From Octopus sinensis (taxonomy: Eukaryota): 64,000 nucleotides of DNA. How positions within the stretch are numbered: the stretch's first letter is position 1; each line of letters begins with the position of its first letter. Where the stretch lies: contig NC_043001.1 of assembly GCF_006345805.1 (NCBI RefSeq), positions 134,230,001-134,294,000 on the forward strand. The letters run 5' to 3'. Shown here one piece after another: positions 50,272 to 61,464 of the stretch. The position numbers were made by a program, and so were the translations under genes. Below the pieces are notes generated by a model. The model did no database searches. It was not told the DNA's origin and worked only from the letters and a program-made list of their open reading frames with translations.

Positions 50272-50386
50272 CACGATGGGCTTCTTTGAGTTTCCGACTA
50301 CCAAATCTACTCACAGAGCTTTGGTTGGGTCCGAGGCTATAGTGGTTGGTAAGCAAGCTACTTACCACACAGCCACTCCTGCACCT
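50272..50386 (-). mobile_element. SINE family C 5' part with internal deletion
   Basis: cgatgggcttctttgagtttccg...cttaccacacagccactcctgc. Confidence 0.75.
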
Positions 50387-50534
50387 ATATATATATGTAT
50401 GTATGTATATATATATGTGTGTCTATCTGTATATATATATGTGTGTGTGTATATATATGTGTATGTATATATATATTTGTGTGTGTATATATATGTGTAT
50501 GTATATATATGTGTGTGTATATATATCTGTGTAT

Positions 50535-51312
50535 GCTAGCTATGCAGATGACACAAAAGTCTCCCACACAATACAAAACCCTGGAAATATTGCACATCTG
50601 CAACAGGAGTTGGATACAATATACAGGTGGGCTGAGGACAACAACATTCACTTTAATGCAGGGAAGTTCCAGGCCCTGCGCTACCGGCACACAAAGGTAA
50701 ACGACATGCAGACTGGATACACTGGCCCGGGAAGAATTGTAATTCCTGAATCAAAATCAGTGCGTGACCTGGGCATGGACATGAGCAATTATGCATCTTT
50801 CCAAGTGCATATTACTAATTTGGTGATAAAATGCAGACGGCTAGCTGGATGGATTCTCCGAACTTTCAGAACTAGAGAGAAGGAGACACTAATGGTCCTT
50901 TGGAAAACTTTCGTCCTCAGCCGCTTGGACTACTGCTCCCAACTATGGCCACCACACAATATAAAGCTAACAGCAGAACTCGAAGCAATTCAAAGAAGCT
51001 ACACTAAGAAGATCGTCTCAATGCAACATATCAGCTACTGGGAAAGACTGAAAGTATTAAAACTCTTCTCCCTAGAGCGAAGGCGGGAGAGATATGCAGT
51101 GATATACATCTGGAAAATCCTGGAGGGTCTTGTCCCAAACTTTGGCATTCAAAGTTACCCCAACTGCAGAACGGGGCGCCACTGCATGGTGCCAAAGATT
51201 CCAACATCACCATCAAAATACAGGACCAGATATTGCAACAGCTTGGGTTTCAGAGGACCACAGCTCTTCAACATCCTCCCTAAATGCCTGAGAGACTTGC
51301 ATGGTGCGGATG
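50535..51312 (+). mobile_element. CR1-group LINE fragment, open frame of ~260 codons from YADD
   Basis: ORF 50346-51338: SYADDTKVSHTI...FNAGKFQ...VRDLG...SRLDYCSQLW...SYWERLKVLKLFSLERRRER. The ORF N-terminus is microsatellite. Confidence 0.9.
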
Positions 51313-51356
51313 TGCTCTGGCAAGGGCGGTGTGGATAGTGGTGAGGAGATATATAT

Positions 51357-51770
51357 ACTCTTTTACTTGTTTCAGTCATTTGACTGTGGCCATGCCGGAG
51401 CACAGCCTTTAGTCAAGCAAATCAACCCCGGGACTTATTCTTTGTAAGCCCAGTATTTATTCTATCGGTCTCTTTTGCCGAACCGCAAAGTGACGGGGAC
51501 GTAAACACACCAGCATTGGTTGTCAAGCAATGCTAGGGGGACAAACACATACACACACATACATCATCATCATCATCGTTTAGCGTCCATATATATATAC
51601 ATATATACGACGGGCTTCTTTCAGTTTCCGTCTACCAAATCCACTTACAAGGCATTGGTCGGCCCGGGGCCATAGCAGAAGACACTTGCCCAAGATGCCA
51701 CACAGTGGGACTGAACCCGGAACCATGTGGTTGGTTAGCAAGCTACTTACCACACAGCCACTCCTGCGCC
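51357..51770 (-). mobile_element. SINE family C containing a ~28-bp RTE tail micro-insertion (51563-51590)
   Basis: catcatcatcatcatcgtttagcgtcc lies inside the SINE internal microsatellite. Confidence 0.88.
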
Positions 51771-51785
51771 TATATATATATATAT

Positions 51786-52230
51786 CACGTAAAATACACC
51801 AATCTGACCGTACAACAGGCACCCATGCCAACCCCCTTGCTTGCGAAGACATGTTGGGGCAAGCGAAATCGAAATGGAATTGAACCAGCCAGGATCCCTG
51901 GTCTGGTGGTACGTAAAAAGCACCATCCGACTTGTAGCCGATGCCAGCACTGCCTCGTCTGGCTTCCGTGCCGGTGGCACATAAAATACACCAATCCGAC
52001 CGTGGCCGTTGCCAGCCTCGCCTGGCACCTGTGCAGGTGGCACGTAAAAAGCACCCACTACACTCACGGAGTGGTTGGCGTTAGGAAGGGCATCCAGCTG
52101 TAGAAACACTGCCAGATAAGACAGGAGCCTGGTGCAGCCTTCTGGCTTCCCAGATCCCCGGTCGAACCGTCCAACCCATGCTAGCATGGAGAACGGACGT
52201 TAAACGACGATGATGATGATGATGATGATA
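51786..52230 (+). mobile_element. RTE 3'-UTR copy (VNTR variant)
   Basis: Units ggtggcacgtaaaaagcacc, palindrome ccatgctagcatgg, (GAT)n tail. Confidence 0.88.
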
Positions 52231-52294
52231 CATATACACATATATACATATACACATATATATATACACATACACACACACACATACATATATA

Positions 52295-52550
52295 TCATCA
52301 CTACTTTACTCCCTCCCTTTCTTCCTAGCTCTCCTGTGTGACCTCTTTGTCTGGCATTCACCATGATAGATCGCTTGCCACTAAATTTTTTAATTTTCTC
52401 TTCCTGTTTATTTCTGTGTTCCTTTCTGTCAAAGAGTATAGGCTCGAAACGTAAAAGACTATCTCACTTCCCGAGCATTAAATTTATACATCTGCTTCTT
52501 GTTTACACACCTGTCTTCGTCCTTTGTAAATTCTCACTATATATTCATAT
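52295..52550 (+). mobile_element. Probable Penelope-like terminal remnant
   Basis: CT-rich stretch followed by ...aagagtataggctcgaaacgtaaaagac..., the gaaacgt-type end typical of PLE pseudo-LTRs; classification from recall. Confidence 0.45.
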
Positions 52551-52577
52551 ACATTAACATATATATATATATATATA

Positions 52578-52885
52578 AAAGCACCATCCGTTCGTGTCCG
52601 TTGCCAGCCTCGCCTGGCCCTCGTGCCGGTAGCACATAAAAAGCACCATCCGTTCGTGGCCGTTTGCCAGCTCTGTCTGGCACCTGTGCGGGTGGCACGT
52701 AAAAAGCACCCACTACACTCACGGAGTGGTTGGCGTTAGGAAGGGCATCCAGCCGTAGAAACACTGCCAGATTTGACTGGGCCTGATGAAGCCTTCTGGC
52801 TTCACAGACCCCAGTAGAACCGTCCAACCCATGCTAGCATGGAAAACGGACGCTAAACGACGATGATGATGATGATGATGATGAT
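52578..52885 (+). mobile_element. RTE 3'-UTR copy in a (TA)n tract
   Basis: Begins aaaagcacc directly after (TA)n; ends ggacgctaaacgacgatgatgat. Confidence 0.88.
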
Positions 52886-53802
52886 ATATATATACACATA
52901 CATATCACATATATACATGTATATATATATACACATATACACATACATATATACACATATACATATATATACATATATATATACACATGTACATCTATAT
53001 ATACATATACATTTATACATATATATGTATCGTCTTCTAAATGTTTTTCGTTCTTATCCCAGTTTGTATTTTTTTACATATATAAATATATATATAACGG
53101 CGCACGTACCCTTTTGTCTTATAAGTACATATTTCTTTAAACTTGGTATGACTCTATAACACTGTCTCTCCCCCTCTCCCCTACATTTCTCTGCCTTTCT
53201 CACTTTGCACTTCACTTTGATGTGTCTCTTTCTCGCTCTCTCTCTCTTCTCCTCCTCCTTGGTTCCTTGTTCCCCTTTTTTCTCTCTCTTCTCCCCCTCC
53301 CTAATTCCTCTGTTCCTCTCTCTTCTCCTCACATGTGACTGACTGACCGATTGCCGGCCTTTTGTGCTTAGCAGTCGTTGTGGCAAGACACACTTTTTTC
53401 TCTCTGCCCTAAGGCATTTTTCTAACACGCCAGCTCAAAGTTTACTCGTCCAGTCAAAAGACGCCTGTTTGTGAAATCCTGTTTTTGTTATTATTATTAT
53501 CATTATTGTTTTTACATATTATTATTATTGTTGTTTTTATGTATTTTTGTATTCATATTCGTTTTTCCGTTTGTATACATGCGAGGCTTTCTTCCAAGGA
53601 ATCTAATGCGCTTGGCTTAGATTTTCCTTGGGGCTGGCCAGATCAGAGCAATCTCAAGATTAATCAGCCGAAATTGCGAGGATGATCCGGTTCTTGACTG
53701 AAGATTGAAGGCTTCGAATGTCCCGTCCGTGTTTTTTGTATCGTCTTCTAAATGTTTTGCATTCTTGTCCCAGTTTGTATTTTTTTACATATATATATAT
53801 AT

Positions 53803-54082
53803 ATCACGTGATCACGTGACCGACCAGACCATCAGATGTTGTTACACATCGCTGGTCACTATGTGTTCACATTGTTTTAGCCTTTGAATGACGCCACCCC
53901 GCTGGCTAAGCGAGCAGGCCAACAGACGAAAGAGTGGGAGAGTGGTGAAAGAGTACAGCAGGGATCACTACTCTTAGGTGTTTTCATTCAATAAACACTC
54001 ACAATGCCCGGTCTGGGAATCGAAACTGCGATCCTGCAACCGCGAGTCCGCTGCCCTAACCACTAGGCCATTGCGCCTCCAC
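53803..54082 (-). mobile_element. SINE family B, tail type i, internal deletion, in (TA)n
   Basis: atcacgtgatcacgtgacc...ttgcgcctccac. Confidence 0.88.
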
Positions 54083-54179
54083 ATATATATATATAATACA
54101 AATAAGAAAATGGAGAAACAAATTTAGTTTGTTCATCAACTTTCGGATATTATGTTGGATTACATATATATATATATAT

Positions 54180-54213
<34 letters not shown>

Positions 54214-54227
54214 TATATATATATATA

Positions 54228-54752
54228 CATCCACTTGTAACCGAGGAAGACCATTGCCGACCTTCAGGAACATTGTGCGCTCTAGGACTAGCTTATATTT
54301 TGCATTTGCAGCTCCGTTGGTGGATAATGAGCCCTGCTCTTGACAAGCATACATGACTGCAAACATTGCAGACCAAGCCTTCCCCATTCACTATACGAGC
54401 CGTGTGCTTTCGCGCAGCTCGCTTAAGTTCTTCATGCTGGATACGTGCTCTCTCAAAAGTGTCAATCCCCTCCTTAACCTGCTTCCTCCATCTGTGGCGA
54501 TGACAGGCATTGTTCTCCCAGTCAGTGTCCTGAATATCACAGGCCTTTAATGAGGACTTGACACAGTCCTTAAATTGCAGCCTTGGTTTCTGCCGGAGTC
54601 TCCTTCCATTCACAAGTTCTCCATAGAGCATCTGCTTAGGCATCCTGCTATCCTTCATTCTAATAAGGTGTCCAGTCCAATGTAACCGGTGCTTGTGCAC
54701 CATCGCCTCAATACTCAAGATATTAGCTATCCTCAGGACCTGTTTGTCTGGA
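54228..54752 (-). mobile_element. Second RTE-clade (BovB/Expander-like) LINE 3' end with C-terminal zinc finger
   Basis: SIEAMVHKHRLHWTGHLIRMKDSRMPKQMLYGEL..G.R....PRLQFKD...CNVCSHVCLSRAGLIIHQRSC in ORF 54293-54838. Confidence 0.88.
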
Positions 54753-54808
54753 ATTTTTGAGGTCCAGCCAACATATATACATATATATATATATATACAC
54801 ACACACAC

Positions 54809-54839
<31 letters not shown>

Positions 54840-55680
54840 TATATATATCATATGTGTATCTATGTATACATGCATATGTGTGTGTGTATATCATTATCAT
54901 TTAACACCCACTTTTCCATGCTTGCATGGGTTTCACCCATGAAAGTGGAGCTGAAACTGTAGTGATGCTAGCTTACCTCTTGCCCCAGAGTGCTAACAAC
55001 AACAAATAGTAATTTCTGACATAGATGCAAGAATGGTTGGGTGATGAAGAAGTTTGCTTGGCTTCAGTCCCATTGCATGGCACTTTAGGCAAGTGTATAA
55101 TGGAAACAGAAAAAAGCCCATGATACATACATGTGTTGGGGGGTTGTAGTACTGCTCCTCGTCTTATTATCATATGATAGTTTAAATGAGTTCACCATGT
55201 TGTAACACCCTTGTAGAATGTTAAGATGGACTCATTGAACTTTTATAAAGAGTAAGGCATCTCATGAGACCGTAGAGAGTGTTTGGGGTCTCACATAGTA
55301 GTACTCAATGTGCATCGTGTGAATACATTTCTTTACATCCACTTCGTTAAATCATATATCCAAATGCAAATATACAAAACACCATCATGCAAACAAAACT
55401 ATATCTACAATTTTAAAACTTATATAATGATCACCAGTGTAACTGTACATAATTTACATGGCAGAAGATTAAAATATAATTATAAAAAAATATATGAAAT
55501 ATTTTGCCATTTTCAAGGAAATGTTCATTTCATTATCATGATTTTAACAGACACTTTTTCCACATTTGCAGAAGTCAGACAAAATTCACTGAGGCAGATT
55601 TTCTTTGGATGGATGCTCTTTTTGTGGCCAATTCTCACTTGTTTTCAAGCAAGGTAATATTTCCCTTAATATTACAAGAA

Positions 55681-55866
55681 TATTCTGTTGTGTCTGGGGA
55701 GAGTCATTTTCTTTTTGTGCCTTATAATTTATGACACTCACCGGTAAAATTTCCACTTATTTCTTATTTTAAAAAAAAAAAAAGAAAGAAGTGGAAATTT
55801 TACTGATGAGTGTGTTACATTATAAGGCACAAAAATAAAATGACTCTCCCCAGACACAACAGAATA
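55681..55866. mobile_element. Foldback MITE, ~80-bp arms
   Basis: tattctgttgtgtctggggagagtcatttt...aaaatgactctccccagacacaacagaata; inner arms gtaaaatttccactt / aagtggaaattttac. Confidence 0.8.
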
Positions 55867-57534
55867 TGCTTCAACACACGAACTCATATAAAGAATCTTG
55901 CAAACCAAATCCAAAAACGAAATATTACAAGAATATATTTCCCTTAATTGTTTCAACATGACCAGCACAATGGTAAGACATACTTTGACAGAAAATTACA
56001 AACAATGACACCACTTGATTGAAAATGACATTTGTTTACAATTAGAGCTCAAAAACATATGAAAAACAACACACACACACATCAAAATCATCATCGTTTT
56101 AACGTCCAATTCTCCATGCTTGCATGGGTCAGATAGAGTTTATTGAGACAGATTTTCTATGGCCAGATGCTCTTCCCAATGTTTCCAAGCAAGGTAATAT
56201 TTCCTCATGACCAGACATATTTTCACAGGATATTGGAAATGAATGACATTCATTTACAAAAATCACACTACATCACAACAAATAAACAAAACCATTTTCT
56301 CTGTCACACACACACACAAACACATATATATATATATATATACAATGGGGTTTCTTTTGGGTTTCTATCTACCAAATCCACTCACAAGGCTTTGGTAGAT
56401 GAAGACTGAAACAAAATTTGTATATAGTTGGCCTGGGGCTATAGCAGAAGATACTCAAGTTGTCAGGCAGTAGGACTTCACCCGAAACCATATGGTTGGC
56501 AAACAAACATCTTAACCACACAACCATGATGCCTGTGCCTATTTATCTATTTTCACAAAAATGATCATCAATTTGTCTAAACAATATCTGTATGAAAATA
56601 TATTTACATAGAGACAGACTGAACCCCCCCCCCCCAGGCCAGCAATTATTATCATTAATAATGCACAATATTGCTTTGAATATTTCGTATTGTTATCAAT
56701 TTATCTATTCTAAGAAAATATTTGTCTAAATAATATTTGCACAAAAATGTGTTTATCTAGCAACTAAGTACACTCTATAAGGTGGTTGGAAGGTAGTGTA
56801 GATCTTTTAGTCTTGCAAAGTAGTATTTGTACCACAATAAAAGAACCTAATATGCTCAGTAAAGTGGTTGGGGTGAGGATAGGCATCCAGCCATAGAAAT
56901 CATGCCAAAATTGGAACATATAAATGAGACCTGGTCTGTGGCCTGTTTGAGAAAGTGGTAACTCTTAACAAGAACTGATTTGGAATGTGATGGCTGATCC
57001 AGAATGGAAAGGTGGAAATTTCAGCAAAGATTCTTGGGAAGTAATGCAAGATGAAGCCGTTGGAGGCAATAAATCATCATCATCATCGTTTAACGTCCGT
57101 TCTCCACGCTAGCATGGGTTGGACGATATAAGTACTATATAAAAAAACATAACCAGGTTTTAAAAATAAAGCTTATTTCATAATAGTGCAAGGTCAGTGA
57201 CTTCATCAAAAGAACTCTCTAAAAAGCATCAAGATTTGACCTACTGGCACATTAGAAACTCTAGCTCAAGCAGAATCTGAAAATGACGGCATTACAATGT
57301 CTATGGATGTTGAAGAAAGATAAAGGCAAGACACCTAGGATTCGGGTTTGGAGTCTTAGAAACAGGATATGTCTGCTGTTTTTGACATTTCTTATTGAAT
57401 AGGAGATAATATCGACAATAGTACGCGCGTGCGTACGTATGTGTGTGTGTGAATATGTACATGTGTGTACACAGTAGTTTGAGTAAACAAAAACATTCGA
57501 AATGTTTTAATACTGACAATTAACCCAACAAACA

Positions 57535-57720
57535 TAAGCATGTAAATAACCACGTTTATACTAGAACTACATGTGAATATAATCATGTGTCTGAAACCCA
57601 TGTGAAATAATCAATGTGCACGTCAAAGCCACATGTTAATAACCATGTCTGCCATCAGAACATGTAAATAACCATATGTACACCACAAGAGCTACATGTT
57701 TGTAACCATATATGTATATG
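57535..57720. repeat. Degenerate ~31-bp minisatellite
   Basis: Recurrent catgt(a/g/t)aataaccatgt core, about 6 copies. Confidence 0.55.
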
Positions 57721-58047
57721 CCCGCTTGTGCTACCACTTATAAACAAAGCTGGTCAGATGAGAAAGCAATACCATAACTTGACTGAAATTTTTTACACTA
57801 ACAATTACAGGGTATGTCGATTTAAACAATCTCACTAGTAGAATCACTGGTATTTTATCAACACAGAATGAGTGAAAAGTAAAGTCGACTCTCACAGGAT
57901 TTGAACCACCGCTTTCTTCAGAAATAACGGTGGACTGAAAAAAGGGTTCCCACAAAAGCGAGTCTGCGACACAGGTTCGATTCTAAGTTGAAATAATTTT
58001 ACACTTGCGCAGCTAATGTCTGGGGAAAGAATGAACGTCGCACGTAC

Positions 58048-58114
58048 CTCATTCACATCCCTTCCCTGTGTCTGTCAAAGAAACCTTGGTAAGGAGAAAT
58101 TGCGACATGAATTT
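58048..58114 (-). other. Candidate 67-nt non-coding internal exon
   Basis: Minus strand reads ctatttctttcag|AAATTCATG...GAATGAG|gtacgt, giving a good acceptor and donor. All three frames contain stops. A weaker plus-strand reading (ttgcgcag|...ttg|gtaagg) also exists. Confidence 0.4.
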
Positions 58115-59181
58115 CTGAAAGAAATAGTGTACAATCGATTGGATCTATTCTAATATTTCCTTTATATCTATTTTATCTACTTATCCCAGCAAAAGAATTA
58201 GAAAGCGAAATCTGAACCCCAAAAATGAATCAAACTGGAGCCAAAAAAATGAAGCCTGATCTGCTAAAACTATCAGTCAAATCTTTCTCAAATCACACCT
58301 TACTATTAAAAAATAATAATAATAAATAAAAACAATGTGGGATATTGTCGTCCTGAAATAGCTTTAAAAGACGAGATTGTCACAGCTGGGTTGCCTCTTC
58401 ATTCATGACTGACCTGGAGCTAAACAACAATATTAAACAAAATACAGCAGAGCTCCACTGCGCTTTCGTTTTCGTTAATTCAACCAAAAATTAATTATTA
58501 AGTTCTTATATAAATATGCATGAATTTTGATGAAGAAATACTTTAGGTTGTGATGTTCATGCCTTTTCAAGCAAGAGAAAAACCAACAACAACAATAAAG
58601 AATTTGGTAATAACACGGATTTAAATATTATTCGAATGAGTAGCATGTCCAGTGACGGCTGAGAAGAGGAATTTTGGCTTCTAATTTAAGAAACTGACCA
58701 TGGAAAGACTATGGAAGTTAATAATTGTTCTGGACTCGATAGAATAAAAAAAAAAATTAATCACACGAATAAAAATAAAATAATAGAGAAAAATAATTTG
58801 ACAAAAGATTAGGAGATTAAAAAAATTAAAAGAAAAATTGATAAAATCTTATATATAACTATTTCGTTTGTGAGGCGAGGAGGGAAGATGAAGATTTTAT
58901 CAGATAATAATGATGTTTGCATCCCAGAGGGGAAAGTGTCTACATTAAACATATAACATTGCTGTGAAGAGATTTTCTTCGAGTCAAAGAGCACCACAAT
59001 GTAACCATTATTGACAATATTCATCCTGTTTTCAGACCTTACTTTATAATATAACCATTAGTCATTCCTACTCTATTTCTCTCTTGCTCTCACCCTCTCT
59101 GATTTCTCCTCTTTCCCTGCTGTGTGCTGGCTGTCTTTCGTTTTGGAAAACCGGCATTCCAGCAATGCGGGTCATTTCAGG

Positions 59182-59460
59182 ACAGAGAGAGAAAGGAAGA
59201 GACTGAAAGAGAGAAGGGAGAAGATAGAGAGAGAAAGGAAGAGAATGAAAGAGAGAAGGGAGAAGATAGAGATAGGTAGGAAGAGAATGAAAGAGAGAAG
59301 GGAGAAGATAGATAGAGAGAGAAAGGAAGAGAACGAAAGAGAGAAGGGAGAAGATAGAGAGAGAAAGGAAGAGAATGAAAGAGAGAAGGGAGAAGATAGA
59401 TAGAGAGAGAAAGGAGGAGAATGAAAGAGAGAAGGGAGAAGATAGAGATAGGTAGGAAGG
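59182..59460. repeat. GA-rich ~36-40 bp minisatellite, about 7 copies
   Basis: agagagaaaggaagagaatgaaagagagaagggagaagat units. Confidence 0.9.
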
Positions 59461-59549
59461 AAAAGGCCGAGAGAGATTTATAAATTGATGATTACTTGGT
59501 TTCGATTGTGTTATTGCAGGGGAAAGTGGAAAATAAATAAACAGCGAAG

Positions 59550-61000
59550 ATCCTGCTAACAATCGAAGCTGACGGGAGAGGAAAAAAAATTAATGAGAAA
59601 CATCTACGGCACATGCTTGTTTGTTTGTTTGTCGAGGATGAATGATTTCATTTCGGCTGGGGGAGCCAGGGAAGGAAGGGTGGAATTGGCTAGGCTGAAT
59701 ATATAAAACTCAATACATATAATTATGTATATGATTGTGTATATATATGTGTGTGTGTGCATACATACACAAAAACTAGTAATAATCAGGAAAGCGCGCG
59801 TACAGACAGTTATATATATGTAGATATATATATATATATACATACATATACACGCTTCTAGTGCTACGAAGATAAGAGATGAATCACTCGACGGACACAC
59901 GCACACAGTGGGGACGGAGGGGGAGGAGTAATTAACGACAAGGTGGCCAGGAAGTGGGGGATCTGTTTTAGAATTAGAACGCACACTAAATGGATTACCC
60001 ATTTTATAACCACTCACATAACACTGAGACCATACATTGCCCACTCTCTTACTAAGGCTCACCTTATAGACAATAACAACAACAATAATAATAATAATGA
60101 TAATAATAAAGGAGGCAACGGTCGGATGAGAATGAGAAGGAAAAAGAAAAGCTGTCAAAACTAACAATGTTTATCTCTGTGTTGAAACTTTACTTAATTC
60201 TACCACATGGTGGCTGCATCTTACCTCGATTGATGAATTCTTTAGGGAATAAGGCAGGCCGAGATCTGGTACTGCGAGTGGACATCCAACTACCATTCAC
60301 GGTGACCACCGAAAAAGTGTACCTGTTAATGCCATTCGATTATCCGACCGCAATCCCTCGGCAATTTCCGTAGCCGCCGGCAGCAGCCACGGCCGCGGCT
60401 CCGGTATGGGGTGCAACGGGATGGAGGGGAGGAAATTGATAGGCGGGAGAAAGAGGAGCATAACGAAAGAGTGAGGAGTATGGGGAGAAGGGAAACGAAA
60501 GAGAGAGAGAGAGAGAAAGCGCGAGGAAGAAAGGAGAAAAAAAGAGAGAAGGCGGTTCCTATGAAAGAAACAACCTGCCGCCGCCACCGACCACCTCACT
60601 GTTAATGAATGAATCGTTTTTAGCTTCGCACTTTTGCGCTTCTTCTATATTGCCGGACAGTAGCAGGCAGCTAAGAAAAGGAATATATATATATATATAA
60701 ATACAGAAACTTTCAGCAATCATTATAAACCACTTAAATTTGTTGTTTTTGCTATCACATTAATTTATTGTGTTACTTCTTACCCAAGCCTCAGAATTTA
60801 TAAGGAGAAATAAGATTGCGGGGAGTTCATGCCTTATCTTGTATGCATAGAGACGAGCAGCGAAACGGTCGAGCTGACGACAAGGGAGTCAAATGTGCTG
60901 CAAGCGATTTCGTTGTTTTTGTTTAAAAGGATTCTTAATTTGACGTTACTCAATTCATTTAGCAGTCCTGCAAGATTTAACATCTGGGAATCTTCTGTGT
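59550..61000. promoter_or_regulatory. CpG-enriched, TE-free promoter/5'-end region
   Basis: Visibly elevated CpG/GC content (e.g. gccgccggcagcagccacggccgcgg, gccgccgccaccgacc) against a CpG-poor background; coincides with the candidate first exon. Confidence 0.5.
60225..60620 (-). other. Candidate first (5'-UTR) exon of the minus-strand ZNF gene; 5' end uncertain
   Basis: Unique CpG-rich sequence ending in a near-consensus donor GAG|GTAAGA (plus strand tcttac|ctc at 60219-60227); pyrimidine-rich leader on the minus strand. Linkage to the ZNF is inference. Confidence 0.45.
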
Positions 61001-61127
61001 GTGCGTGTGCGTGTGTTTCCCAGCTATTTTTCATTATCAAGCTGAGTAATGTTGAATGAATGAATGATAAATATCTGTACACAGATAGGTGGCCAGCGAG
61101 AGTATATATATGTGTGTGTGTGTGTGA

Positions 61128-61191
<64 letters not shown>

Positions 61192-61253
61192 GGTCCCGGG
61201 TTGAGTCGGGGTTAACCACAGTAAATAAGGTACTCAATACATAGCAGAGTAAA

Positions 61254-61381
61254 TTAATTTATTTTATAGAAAGAGCTTCTACAGGACTAGAACTGTTTCA
61301 TTCAAATGAAATCTCCAGGAAGCTTCTGAAGATTTCATTTGAATGAAACAGTTCTAGTCCTGTAGAAGCTCCTTCTATAAA

Positions 61382-61388
<7 letters not shown>
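61254..61388. ncRNA. Inverted-repeat remnant (Penelope-like) encoding two mutated copies of a hammerhead-ribozyme-like motif
   Basis: Palindrome centred on aagctt at 61320-61325. Plus arm: agctt-CTGAAGA-tttcatttgaat-GAAA-cag-ttctagtc-ctgt-a-gaagct. Minus arm: agcttc-CTGGAGA-same. Confidence 0.55.

Positions 61389-61464
<76 letters not shown>

Noticed and set aside
47676-50700. Numerous 60-180 aa ORFs rich in Y/I/C/V/H/T
   Set aside because: These are translations of (TA)n/(TG)n/(CA)n microsatellites or antisense TE frames; the same applies to most short ORFs elsewhere.
53690-53730. Second hammerhead candidate CTGAAGA...GAAT (and CTGATGA at ~50014)
   Set aside because: GAAA and helices I/III cannot be formed; at most degenerate PLE relics.
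58048-58060. TGA in GCE-TGA as selenocysteine or readthrough into the ZNF
   Set aside because: With either candidate acceptor (34240, 34289) the frame does not match the ZNF, which also has in-frame stops just upstream of its ATG; no SECIS was identified.
60285-60335. Antizyme-like frameshift site (CGG TGG TCA CCG TGA)
   Set aside because: The +1 frame hits TAG after two codons and no antizyme ORF2 homology is visible.
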